Assembly (NCBI GenBank): GCA_964016885.1
Contig: OZ024746.1
Span: forward strand, 11,532,001 to 11,596,000
Direction: 5' to 3'
DNA: 64,000 nucleotides
DNA from: Eledone cirrhosa
Lineage: Eukaryota
The notes beneath the pieces were generated by a model that had not been told where the DNA came from, made no database searches, and saw only the letters and a list, made by a program, of their open reading frames with translations. Position numbers and translations under genes: made by a program. How positions within the stretch are numbered: position 1 is the stretch's first letter; every line of letters starts with the position of its first letter. Of this stretch, positions 1 through 12,190 are shown in pieces.

Positions 1-1540
1 TTAAACAGATTTAACGTATAATAGAACTATTGCTGGTTGAGTCATTAACCCTTGTGATACCAACCTGCCTGAAACTGCCAACTGTCTATTTTAAAGTGTT
101 TATATCTAAATTTTAACATTCTTTTTCGCTCACTAATTCCTAGGAGGGACAAGGCAGAATCCTGAAGCACACCTTCCAATGGGTCTTGTCAGAAGCAATA
201 GTTTCCAATTGATCTGACTGGATCCACAAACGAGACCAGCTGAGCTCATTATTTCAAGTAACAATTTTGTTGTTATGTTCTTAACACCAATTTAAGTTAT
301 ATCAAATTCTTGATTATTTAAAAAATTAATTGAAACACATTTAATGTATTACATGAGAAATAGGGCCAGGAAAGGGTTACAGTAATTACTCTGTCAGCTG
401 AATAATCACCAGTGTATCCAATTAACATTGTTACACTGTACCTAGTAGATATTTAGCTGTCAGTAACCTGCTCCATCTAGTTGTAGACAGATGCAGCTCA
501 ACCGTGAAGGTAATGGGATCACTGTACAACTGATTAATGGTAAATTAGATTGAATGAACAAGCCTTCAACAGATTGCCATTCTTACCCATAGGTGGAGAT
601 AATCCTAAGAAAACTGTGATAACCCCTAAATACCACATGAACTTTTTATCTTTTAAATCCTTTTGATAATAACTGCCTTAATAAAGAATTAGTTACTTTA
701 CTAAAAATCACCAAATTCTTGATTATTTTGACTATTAACTGAAACATGTGGGCAGTGTATCTCATTAGAAATATAGACATGGAAATATAAAATACATTAT
801 CTGATCAAGATATTAACATAGAGTCATGGTTTTCATTTATGCATTAATTGTACAAATCAAAGACTTCCAAGATGACAAAATAATATGCAAGAAAAAACTG
901 ATAAATGTACAGCAAATACCCTCTAATAGCAATACAGTATATTTCTGCAATGTCTGAATTATTAGCTTGCTGACCTCAGATGGATACATGAAATCAATAT
1001 TAACCAAACCAGAAGCAACACTTATTTCTATATATGAGGAATTTTGGCAGCACAACTAAGATTATCACATCTATACTTACAATAATTTTGGTATACTGGA
1101 TACAATGTTTCACCTGGTAATGTTAAGCTTAAAACCTTACAATTGTGTAAACTGAATGTGCGTATGGACTAAATATGAGATCATGAAGGGACATCATCTC
1201 TAGGAGGAGGAGGAGATTTAAATGGGATAGTTATCTTTATTGTAATATCCATAAAGAGCGGGGTGGTGGGGAAGGACTATTTTTATAAAATGCTATAAAT
1301 AGTATTTACTTTGTATGATATATAAAGTAAAACTAAGAAAATGACAGAAAATAGCATAGCAAACAAATCATTATTTGTATAAAATAAGTTTACATTACAA
1401 AAAGTAACCAGATAAAAATATATGCCTTGACAATAGCAAAGATGTCAGTTGTAGATCCAACATATGCTAGCATATAAACAAGAAATAGATGTAAAGTATA
1501 AGAAACAGAAATGTATGTTAGCATTATAAATGATACTTAC

Positions 1541-1662
1541 TTATGTGGAGGAGGATGATTTAATCGTTCCAATACATTATAGAGAGTAGAGTGAACTAAA
1601 TCACTTTTTCTGTTAAATAAACAGACTCCGTTTTTCAAAAACCGACCTCCAAATGTACACAT
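1541..1662 (-). CDS. ATXN7: Ataxin-7-family exon MCTFGGRFLKNGVCLFNRKSDLVHSTLYNVLERLNHPPPH(K/N)
   Basis: Acceptor ctttctag at 1663 and donor AA|gtaagt at 1540; 122 nt, phase 0-2. Matches the conserved CTFGxR...F.R..D block that follows HPxP in ATXN7 proteins. Missed by the ORF track. Confidence 0.9.
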
Positions 1663-1829
1663 CTAGAAAGGAAATAATCATTTTTATACTTGAAACAATA
1701 AATAGGAGACAAAAAAAAATATAAACATAAAAGAAGAAACACCACTGTAGAAATGGTCTGATAAGTGTGGTATTTTTAGTCAATTATATTAACCCCAGTA
1801 CTTTGGTACTTATTTCTTATTTCATAATT

Positions 1830-2500
1830 GAGCAGCTTTTGGTTCGGTTGACTAGAGCAGATATCATGATTACAGATGGGCTACAAAGCTACTGAATCTA
1901 ATGAGAGCTTATTCTAGTTCTACATAAGCAGTGGTTCACTGTTATAGCAAGGAATCTGACACCTTAAATATCAAGTCTGTGTTCCTGCTATTAAGTTAGA
2001 CATGGCCTGGGCCAATACTGGCAGAAACCTATTAAAGTTATCAAAGTTATGTCCAACACTCTTCAACAATGCCATCAACTAGATTGCAGAGCATGCTTTG
2101 AATGAGTTCATAAGTGTTAGTGTGGGACAAGACTTCACAGTCGGCCTTGACTATGCTGATAACCTTGCAATAATCGGTGACAACTATATTATGTTCAATC
2201 AGCTGTTAGTCACCTCAGCTTCTACACTTCATGTCTTATGAAAATCAATGCAGCCAAGATGAAGATAGAATCTGCTGGTATGTCACCTTCTGAAATGCTC
2301 CCTGTGGTACTCAATGGTGAGATTTTGGAAGAGGTAAAACAATTCAAGTATCTTGCACTACCTTCCCTGATACTGCCAGAAACAGTTCTGCATGAGCAAG
2401 ACACAGTCACCTGATATGACTTGTTTCACAAATGGATAACTCGTCAAATCAATGCTACTATGGAAAATAGACATTAAGTGATGATGATGATCATGATGAT
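1830..2500 (+). mobile_element. Decayed RTE-like LINE reverse transcriptase fragment
   Basis: Remnant motifs LFNNAIN, LDYADN (YADD), KINAAK and LNGEILEEVKQFKYL, with a gatgatgat tail. Boundaries are approximate. Confidence 0.75.
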
Positions 2501-2667
2501 GAACCTATGCCAGTATGGAAAATGGACATAAAATTATTTTTGTCAAATCATCTCCCATTCTTATGGGTGGCAGAATTAAAATAAATTTTGATGTAGAATT
2601 TCAATATAGTAATCATTACCAACATTTAAATATCAATTTATCAATATGTGGAAGTTGGACGTTAAAC

Positions 2668-2720
<53 letters not shown>
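2668..2720. repeat. (GAT)n microsatellite, RTE-type tail just inside the intron after exon 2930-2750
   Basis: Read directly; preceded by ggaagttggacgttaaac, like the other RTE tails. Confidence 0.95.
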
Positions 2721-2721
<1 letters not shown>

Positions 2722-2749
2722 AGAGAAAAATCCCCAAAATTGTACTTAC

Positions 2750-2930
2750 AGCTACTGGCCGTGGATGGTGATTCAAATAAGTGTAGCCAGATTTACTACT
2801 GTGTGATTCATCTCCTTCTTCTTCACTGGACAATCGAGTACAACATTCTGTTGTAGTATGGGAGCTGATAGAACTGAGATTTTCCTCCTTAATATGAGCA
2901 GCAGTTGTTGTTTGATGAACATGATGACTG
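2750..2930 (-). CDS. ATXN7: Ataxin-7-family exon ...LSSEEEGDESH...YTYLNHHPRPVA
   Basis: Acceptor cttctcttag at 2931 and donor GCT|gtaagt at 2749; 181 nt, phase 2-0. The acidic SSEEE stretch and HPRP motif match the ATXN7 family. Confidence 0.88.
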
Positions 2931-4221
2931 CTAAGAGAAGAAAAACACCTAGTCAGTTTGAAAGGTAAAAATGGAAATATTTAAAACTATTAAATATATA
3001 TATATGTTTTTTTTAAATAGTTACAACCTCTGAAAAACTAATATATTTGTCAACCAAGTCCTTTTAGAAATGATACTGTATTATTTAAAAGGCTATCAAT
3101 CAATGTTTCATTATATCTGATTTTATTTTATGCTGTGTGAAGAACATTCAAAATCTGAAATTTAATTCACTTGCTAGTTTGAAGAAACTGCTTTTTAAGT
3201 AAACAGAAAATTAAAAACTGGGGAGTAATTTGTTAGTAACAGAAATTTACAAAACTGTTCTGTTGTACAGTGTCTATTCAAATATAATTGTAGTCACATA
3301 ATAGCATAAGAATGGCATCATAACATTTCTGAATTAAAGTTAAAACTAAGCTACCTACAGACACTGAATCCATTTTCCTCCCTTTATGCCAAAATTAACT
3401 GAATTAAGAAATTAAATATCCATGCAACAACATAATTATTGTAAATAATTTATAAGAAAAATTAGTTTTATCTGCAAGAGTATGGAGTGTTAAATGACAA
3501 GTAAATTTCATAAAACCAACAACTAAAGTGTTCTAAAGTCTTGTATGCCAAAGTGTAGAATTGTACACAGCTGTGGCAATGCAAAATGTGGCATAGAAAC
3601 ATCATATACCGGATACTAACACACAAAGCTAACACTAGCAAGAACCATAGGGCAGAAAAGGTACAAGAAATAAATCTTATTCTGGATAGGATGCCAAGTT
3701 AATGTAGGTAACTGTCCTACAAAAAGCCTGATAATATATTCATTCTCCAGGTAAATAGAGACAATGTAGAAAGACTAGTATGAAAATCATAAGGGTAAAG
3801 ATTTCATTCTCAGGTACAAAATACAATTTGAAAGAAGGAAGATACAGTCAACTGAATGACCAATCAATTGATTGTTCCATAAATCTAAAACCTAATTTAT
3901 AATACAAATGATGGTATGTATTTCCATTCTTGTGGCTATTAGGCAGTTATAAATGAAACACACATCTGTTACATAGTCGCCCTGCTGATTACGACAGTGA
4001 CCTGTAACTTCCAATAGTAATAATATACAAAGGCTTCAGAGAGTTAAGTATATTTTTCAACAATAAAACACAATGACTGCACTAAGGAACAAATTGTTAA
4101 ATCTGCAAGACCATCAAACTGTATGACTTCCATAAACAATTGACTCAAAACTGGATAATATTTATTTTATTGACTTCAGAAAGATTAAAGGTCATATCAA
4201 TTCAAGCAGGATTCAAGCTGA

Positions 4222-4323
4222 GAACTCCAATATGTTTAGCTAAATGGACACAATGCTTCAGCTAAGAGAACAACTCCAATGTTTAGCTTAACAGACACAA
4301 TGTTTCAGTTAAGAGAACAACTC
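4222..4323. repeat. Tandem duplication, ~2 x 48 bp
   Basis: aactccaat(at)gtttagct...gacacaatg.ttcag.taagaga occurs twice. Confidence 0.8.
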
Positions 4324-6454
4324 TTCTAAACACTAAGGATGAACAAATGAACTGATATAACTTAATCTCTGAGCATTTACAGTTAACTATTCCTTTCGAT
4401 AGACTTATACATCATTGCAAACATGCTGCTCTCCAGTAGTACATGCGATATTAGTGTGGTACTGTTTTTTTTATTTGTTTATTTTCTATATCTGAAGCTG
4501 TTAAACTAAGTTTAGCAAGCTTTGGCTGTGTACACACTACTGCAAAATCACACTCAATACACTTATGAAAGATTTGTATTTATGCAAATTAAAAATAATA
4601 TATGCAATTTTTGGATGATGCAAACTTGAACTCAGAAGCATGTGGTCATTTTATTTTGATAGAATCTCCATATCTAGGATACAGAGAATAGAATAATACA
4701 CCTTTCATTTTCTAAGGTAAGTGCTTCGTTTTTCAACCTATGTATTAGACAACTCTACTGAATGTTAGGTTCTAATCAACTCTATAAAGCCTTATCAATT
4801 GAAAAAGAGATAGACAATGTAATTGTACACCTCATTAAATTAGTGGACTGCCTTAAAACAACTGCAACAGCAATAGTGCTATCTCAACATTTCTCTACAG
4901 TATATTTCAAATAACATGCCGAACTAGTCACATTGCTTCTTCACATATTAATGAAACCTTTTATATTGTTATCTCATATAATTTTCATTAGACATTTATT
5001 AAATAATAAAACATATATTAAAAATCTACTAAAGATGATTGCATACATAAGTATATCTATTTTCAACAACTTGTGAATCCTGCCTAAAAAAACATTTAAC
5101 ATCTCATTGCTACTAATCAAGGAAATCTAACATGGCTACTAAGGACAGCACTCAGCTCCATCATATGGTAGATGATAGACATACACTGGAGCCTGTATGA
5201 CCAGGTTCAGGAACAGGGTTGAACACTTCCTTCTAGCATATATATATATATATTTAGTTCCAGTGTAATCATAAGCATTCTTTTACTTTTGCCTTGTGGA
5301 TGTACTATAATGTAATTATTTGTTATGTATAATTACAAGCTAGTTATCACATGTTCCTACATGTTACAATTCTAATTCTGCATTATTATTGTATTTATAG
5401 TGTAGCATGAATATTATCATTATATATTTGTTGTTCTGAAATGTTTTAATTAAATTTTCAATTTGAACAACATAGAAATTATTGTCATAAAAATATGACA
5501 ATAAATTGTATCCGCTGTATATAAATGGAGTAGGTAGCATGGGGAAAAGGAAAGGAAATCTTAAGAGACTATCTACTTCACTAAATATGACTAGAGGTAA
5601 GAAACTCTCAAGAGAACTGGACTGCAGAAGGTCTTCAGAGAAGACCTTACCCACCACCTCATACGAGTGCTTCTGCATACAACTGCATTTAAGTAATCAT
5701 GTTTATAGATAATTCAATGAAATTCTCCATGTTTCAGTTAACAACAGATCAGTTAGTGTATGTGCAACTGCTTGGACTTGGAAACTATAGTTTTAGAAAT
5801 AATTTGTATTAACTATTTAAAAAAGATTAAAAAATAAAAATAACCCTGCTATGCAAAGCTTACATCCTTGTAAGACATTTTTAATTCACTAGCACAACTC
5901 ACACAGTACGTTTTCTGCATAACTTAAACTACATAATTATATCATTCAAATATAATAGAACTACAGAATATACTGGGCGTATTTTCTAATGGTACCAGCA
6001 CTAGGGAGGATGTTGTGTTTTTGACAAAACTGAATAATCCTCTTGACCCTTTGTTTGGCAAGTTTTATACAGCTGGATGCCTTTTCTATTGACAACCACT
6101 TCACAGAGAGTACTGGGTGCATTTTATTGTGTCACCAATATTAGAAAGGTTGCTGTGCCCTTGACACAACCGAAGAGTCGTCTCAATACTCTTTTAGGCA
6201 TGGTTTCTATAACTGGATACCCTTCCTATCACCAACCACTTTATTCACATCATTATCTAAATGATGGGTTTCCTCATAGGTTCTATGTATAAATTATATT
6301 CACAAGGCATTACTCAAACTAAACAACCACAACAAATGTAGCATACAAACACAATTCTATATCCCCAAAAGACAATGATGATCACCTTAGAAACATTGAG
6401 AGGCACACTTGGTGGTAGAAATGTACATAAAACTGTTGAAAACATAACAACAAT

Positions 6455-6672
6455 AATGATTTCTACTATAGGCACAAGGCCAGAAATTTGGGGAGAAGAA
6501 AAAGTTGATTAAATCGACCTCAGTGTATTACTGCTACTTTATCTTATCGGCCCTGTAATGATGAAAGGCAAAGCTAATTCAGGCAGGATTTGAACTCAGA
6601 ACGTAAAGGGCCGTAACTATGCTGCAAAGCATGTTGTCTGATGCTCTACCAATACTGCCAATCCAACACCCT
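6455..6672 (-). mobile_element. SINE family A, long variant, followed by (CAA)n(TAA)n
   Basis: Sequence similarity to the other copies in the window. Confidence 0.85.
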
Positions 6673-6698
6673 TCCACAACAACAACAACAACAACAAC

Positions 6699-6731
<33 letters not shown>

Positions 6732-6760
6732 GGAATAAAATATTTTTTGTCAAAACCAAC

Positions 6761-7386
6761 CTCTCTGTTAATAAATTAGATTTAGAATTTTTTGATAATT
6801 TCATCCCAGAGGCAAACCATTTGTTAGAAATGTTCATGTGTTGTAATGCAGCAGCATCTTTACCATTTGTTGTTTCTGCACTTGAATGCTTGGCTGCCCC
6901 TGAGGTTTGTGTGGTGATGGTGTTGGCCCCTGCTAATACTCCACTGACTCCTCCTGCACCAGCACTGCTATTGCCACTTCCACCACCGCCGCCGCTGCCG
7001 CCACCGCCGCCGCCACCACCACCACCACCACCACCACCACCACCTACGCCTCCTACACCACCAGTGCTACTATTACTGTTCGAAGTGGATCGGGTGGGAA
7101 TCAAACTTTGGAGACCACTAGCATTCACACTCCCACCACTGGTATTGCTCGGGGTAGTACTGGCACTATTTGCTGTGCTGTTACTATTTGCCGAACAATT
7201 CCCAGAGTGAGCCAATGATCCCGATACTGGTGCTGTCTGTGCAGCTACCCTCTGTGCTGCTGCCACATATTGGGCATGTACTTTCTCTCTTTGGATGGCC
7301 TCCTTAGCAGCTCGATGGTCTTTGAGGAGTTCATCAAACGGTTTCCGGCGTCCAGCCACAGCCCTCCGTAAAGACAAAGCATGAGT
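6761..7386 (-). CDS. ATXN7: Ataxin-7-family exon, second half of SCA7 domain (THALSLRRAVAGRRKPFDELL) plus S/N/G-rich low-complexity region with poly-Gly
   Basis: Acceptor ctttctttttag at 7387 continues TCK|THxLxxRRAVxGRxKxFD. Likely donor AG|gttggt at 6760 (626 nt, phase 0-2). Overlaps ORF 6646..7377. Confidence 0.92.
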
Positions 7387-7974
7387 CTAAAAAGAAAGAG
7401 GGGGAAAAAGGAACATTAGAATTAGAAATTTTCAAAGAGGAAAGTGTAGCAAATCATAAGAGAAAACTAATAACAAATGTATAGTGTTAAAAATTGCGTG
7501 ACTATCACCACTCCAGCATGTATGCTGAAGAATATGTTCAGTTAATGAGGTCAGAATAAACCAAACAAAATATGTTGAGAATTGTCTTCTGTTCTTACCA
7601 ATCAACTGATATCATAGCATTTTATCATCATCACCGTTTTACGTCCGTTCTTCCATGCTAGCATGGGTTAGACGGGTTGTCCTGTTGTGGGCAGTGTCTG
7701 GTCGGCTGACCATGCCTTGCTCATACAGGAACTTTATATATTTATTTCTATTTAACCTCCAAGAATTAAAGATATTAACACTAGCTTATACTAAGTAAAA
7801 GATTAGGTAGCTGTTTTAATGGGAAAAGTTACCAAGCAGTCATCATTTTACGGGGGATGGGGGGGGGGGGGGGTCCATTTTGATAAAAATTATATTAATT
7901 GACATAAATTGAAATGAAGCAAGTGTCACTCTTTTTAAGACTCATTAATAACAAAACTATATTGTTGGATAATA

Positions 7975-8090
7975 TAATTGTTTCTACTTTTGGCACAAGG
8001 CTAGCAATTACCCAGTGCATTACTGGTACTTTATTTTATCGACCCCGTAAGGATGAAAGGCAAAATTAACCATGGCAGGATTTGAACTCA
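7975..8090 (-). mobile_element. SINE family A, 5'-truncated
   Basis: The 3' half matches the family consensus. Confidence 0.85.
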
Positions 8091-9937
8091 ATATAATGAA
8101 CACAGTGATAGTTTTGTAGCTAAATAACAGTTTAGACTTCAACCCTTTAGAAACCTCATCAAAACCAGTTCTATGAAAGAAAACTATTTATGGGGCCCCT
8201 ATTGAAATAAACATTTTACAAATAATTTTATATGAGAGCCATTTAAGTTGTTATCTTAGTAATGAAATAATTAATAATTTTAGTAAATCCCTCAAAATTC
8301 TTCATTAATTAATTGGTGCATTTAATTAGAAAAACAGTCATGAAAGGGTTAAAAGGTTGAATAATTCATTTATACTTCTAGCAATAAGGCACCGCAGTTA
8401 TAGAACAATAAAATAATCCGTTTTGCCTATTTTTCAAAATTCAAATGAGAGTATTTTTCTAGTTTATTAGTTAACACTTCCTCCAAATCCACTAACAGGA
8501 ATGTTTGCCATATTAATTAATGGAACAGTTTCTTTCTAAAAGGAATGGATATAATTTTGATATGAAAACTAAAGAAATAAAAATACCGGAAATTACTATT
8601 TACAAAAACAAAATAATAGATTTCTTTAAAATATATTGTTTAGAATAAGTACACAATATTCCTGCAAGTCGTAAGAAGTAACTAAAAAAGTTAGTATCAG
8701 GAAGAAAGGCACCCGACTGTAAAACATTACTTGAATATATCCTATTCCTGTCACATCCACAAGGCGATGTAAAAGCAATGATGGTGATGGTGATAGATAT
8801 TTTATTACTTATAGATAAGTTGAAATTAAGTTGTAATTATTATAATTATATTGTAAACTAACATTTAAAACATAGGGTTAGCATACAAGTAGGATTAACA
8901 TCAACCTAGAAGCGTGGGCTCAAATCTAAAAGTCTAAATAAGCTGATAGTTAATAACATTAATAGGTAAGCACTTGAGAGTGTGTACTGTGAGGGTATAC
9001 AAAGGATGTAGTAGAGATTCTGATAGATTGAAGGGCTTTATAAGGAACATTCATAAAATGAAATCCATGAATTCTTCAATGGCTCATGAAACCAGGTGAT
9101 AATTTGTGTTATCTAGGTTAACAAACCAATCTTCATACTTGTAGTGGTTTCTATAGTTACCTACCCATACACTACAGTAACAGGCCTTAGAAGTTGCTGC
9201 CTTTTTATGTTTTGGGGAAAGATTGTTGTGGCTGATGCAGCAATAAGTCCTTAATATAAGGATCCGTTATTCCATTTCTATTCTCATTTGGATTAAGTTA
9301 TTCAGTATATTTGGGAAACTATAGATATTTTACTTCTGTCTTTGGACTTTACATCAACTCATAGGAGTATTTCACCTCACAATTGCCAGAAATATTTTAC
9401 TTTCCCATGCTTTATGAGGTAATTATCATCTAAATAGCCATTTTTTTTAATAAGAGAAAATAGTTATTTGCTACTAAAAGTTATTAAAAAGTGAAAACTT
9501 TCCTTTTTTTCTTAATTACAAAAACTTTTTCTTAGCCAATAAAGCATTAATTAAAAGGATTAATAAAGGAAGAAATTTTGAAATATAACATTACAAACCT
9601 AATAAGCTAAATGTGAATTCTTACCAGAATGATTGAAAATATATTGAGTCATTTGTCTTTGTGTCGTAATTCCATTTGGCCTTCTCCAGACTGATATAAG
9701 AATTTCAGATAAGCACAGCAAGCTAATGCAGTATTTATTATATATATTATACTACATTGCCTATGGATCTATGATCTATGGATCACTAAAACAGTACTGC
9801 TTTGGAAGGCTATTCTTTTTATGCTACTACAGTGGTAATGAAAGCAGCAGTAACAAACACATTGAATACATTTGATATCCTGAATTAAATCATTTCTGAT
9901 ATAATCATTTAACCTGTAAACCTGACTGTTGACTCAC

Positions 9938-10020
9938 CTTACATGTCAAAGACCGAGTGCAGGGCTTACTATCATTTGCTATTTTCACACCACAATGTTT
10001 GTTAGCATCGAATTCTCGAT
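9938..10020 (-). CDS. ATXN7: Ataxin-7-family exon, first half of SCA7 domain: (D)REFDANKHCGVKIANDSKPCTRSLTCK
   Basis: Acceptor tttcag at 10021 and donor AAG|gtgagt at 9937; 83 nt, phase 1-0. The translation matches the SCA7 signature REFDxxKHCGV...PCTRSLTCK. Missed by the ORF track. Confidence 0.95.
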
Positions 10021-10928
10021 CTGAAATTCCAAAATAACAAATTTAGAAAAAGCAAAAAACAGATTACATAGTAAGAAAATATTACTACTGACCCCACAAA
10101 TGATTATTTTAAAAAAAAAAAACATTATTTAGACACCTAAACTACAAAGCAATGTGATTATAATTCTTTCTCAGTCAATGATATCATCACTATTCAGTCA
10201 TGTAGTTGCCTGGCTCTACCAGGAAACTGCATTGTTCTAAATCAGAAGAACAATTGAATAAAATGACAATTTTATTCACTCATTCTTCATATTATTAAAA
10301 GGAATCCATTTCTTAGAACCATATTTAATCAAGAAAGTAAAGGTTAACATGTAATGGTGCATATATTCAATGTTAGGTTTTAATGATTTCCATTTTGTTG
10401 AGAAAATCTTCAAATTTCTGAAACATCTTTTAGAGACACTATATTTAAATAGAGGTATATATGAAAACATATATAATGTGTTTATGTATAATAAACATAC
10501 ATAGGTCTTGCTGTGGGCATTTAATGTTACAGCTACCTCAGTAACAATGTGAGAATACCTAATACTGTAGCATTTCATTCTCAATTTATTAACCTTTTGT
10601 TGTTGTTGTATATAAACATATTGTATATGCTTTTGTATACACCTCTATTCTGAATCACACTGTGTTACTGTTGCTGCTAATCATAGTATATTTAAGTTGT
10701 TTTTCTTTTTATTATGTTAAGCTATCATTTGTTGTGTAAAATTTCAAATTTCAAATTTCAATATTTGTGTGAATCGTTAATGCAGGCACCTTTAGATTTA
10801 TATACTGTTGCTGAAAATATTCAACTGAAAGGAGGGTGTGGTAGCTCTCTTACAGCTAGGTGGACAAATCCCCCCCCCCCTCTCTCAACATACACACATA
10901 CACACATACATACATAGTTATTGATAGT

Positions 10929-11007
10929 CTGAAAAGCTATTGATTCCAGAGTCAGGCACGATCAATATTGATTGTACCTTGAGCTGATCGATTGTGAAAC
11001 GCGTGTC
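10929..11007 (+). ncRNA. Hammerhead-like motif with very long palindromic stem II
   Basis: CTGAAaA, then a ~60-nt imperfect hairpin (central aggcacgatcaat/attgattgtacct at 10954-10979), then GAAACGCGTGTC. Stem I is weak. Confidence 0.4.
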
Positions 11008-11053
11008 AAATGATAAGGATATTTTGATATCACATTCATACTCATTAATATTA

Positions 11054-11400
11054 TACGGGGTCGATAAAATAAAGTACCAGTAATGCACTGGGTAATTGCT
11101 GGCCTTGTGCCTAAAGCAGAAACAATTATTATTATTATGTACTGGGTAATTGCTGGCCTTGTGCCTAAAGTAGAAACAATTATTATTATTATATATATTA
11201 GGGTGATGGATTGGCAGTATCAGAAGGGCGTCAGACACCATGCTTTACAGCATAGATTATGGCCCTTTACGTTCTGAGTTCAAATCCCACCGAGGTTAAC
11301 TTTGCCTATCATCCTTACGGGGTCGATAAAATAGAGTACTAGTAATGCACTGGGGTAATTGCTGGCCTTGTGCCAAAAGTAGAAACAATTATTATTATTA
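11054..11400 (+). mobile_element. SINE family A cluster: truncated copy, duplicated tail, then full copy (11201-11400)
   Basis: Three repeats of the gtaattgctggccttgtgcc..aaagtagaaacaattatt tail. Confidence 0.88.
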
Positions 11401-11466
11401 TATATATGCCTATGCGATTGACGGCAGAGAAAAAAAAAGAGCACTCAATACCAAAGTAGAGTTTTA

Positions 11467-11619
11467 ATATTCATTTTATTACGGCTGAATAGTGAGTCTT
11501 GTTGCCGTCTGTCACAGGGTCTTGTTTGATGACTCTGTGATAAACAGGTGAAACTCGTGATAAACAGGTGAAACTCCAGGGTAACAAGGTTCACTATTTA
11601 GCCTTCATAAAATGAATAT
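11467..11619 (+). ncRNA. Degenerate type-I hammerhead ribozyme motif (11519-11590) inside a ~37-bp imperfect inverted repeat; Penelope/retrozyme-like element
   Basis: GTCTTGT-tTGATGA-ctCTGT gataa ACAGgt-GAAA-CTC ca GgG-TA|ACAAG, with a 20-bp internal duplication (11537-11576). A sister fragment at 31076-31130 reads aggcGAAACTCCAGAGTAACAAGAC, which restores stems I and III. Confidence 0.65.
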
Positions 11620-11722
11620 ATATATATATCAAATTATAATATAGAGTTAGAAAGTCACAATAAATCCTCTATGATCAAGGGAGCTCAAGGAAGAGAGATC
11701 GAGCTCATTATAAATCATAGCA

Positions 11723-11849
11723 ATGAGAGTAGGCACATAATAAATTATGTCAGATAATAGGGGATAAAATTCTATCCTGGTAAAGCACATACAAACTATG
11801 GTGCTTTACCAGGGTAGAATTTTATCCCCTATTATGTGCCTTCTCTCAT
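11723..11849. repeat. Near-perfect hairpin: 35-bp stem (11754-11788 / 11801-11835), 12-nt loop, plus outer arm 11723-11741 / 11831-11849
   Basis: ataataggggataaaattctaTcctggtaaagcac versus gtgctttaccaggGtagaattttatcccctattat, one mismatch. The segment is bounded by (TA)n runs. Confidence 0.9.
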
Positions 11850-12190
11850 ATATATATATATTAAAAACAACTATTAGTCCCAAATACTCACTAAGTTGAT
11901 ACTTAACTAAGATCTGCTTCTGATTATCTTCATTTAAGTATTTAAGTAGACATTTAAATTATTACAAGGTTTATTATTCATGACAACACTAACGAACTAT
12001 GACAAATTAATTTATAAAACCATAGTTTAAAGGATTGCTTCTTTAAATTGCTGATATTTATTAATTTTGTAATGAAAAAATAAACGTTTTATTTTTTTAA
12101 GTTTGGGATATGTATTGAACTCCTTTGATTTTGTTATACTTCAATGGACTGTCTTAAAAGCCTGTAATGATTTAGCAGAAAATATCTTAA

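Noticed and set aside
837-1110. Possible next exon after 1541
   Set aside because: The acceptors I tried give early stops in the required phase and no family similarity; the next exon is probably outside the window.
2515-2856. ORFs with poly-Asp / poly-His
   Set aside because: They are translations of the intronic (GAT)n microsatellite; only 2750-2930 (minus) is exonic.
6821-7210. Plus-strand poly-Pro ORF (113-143 aa class, also 15844..16275)
   Set aside because: These are antisense shadows of low-complexity coding exons of the minus-strand gene.
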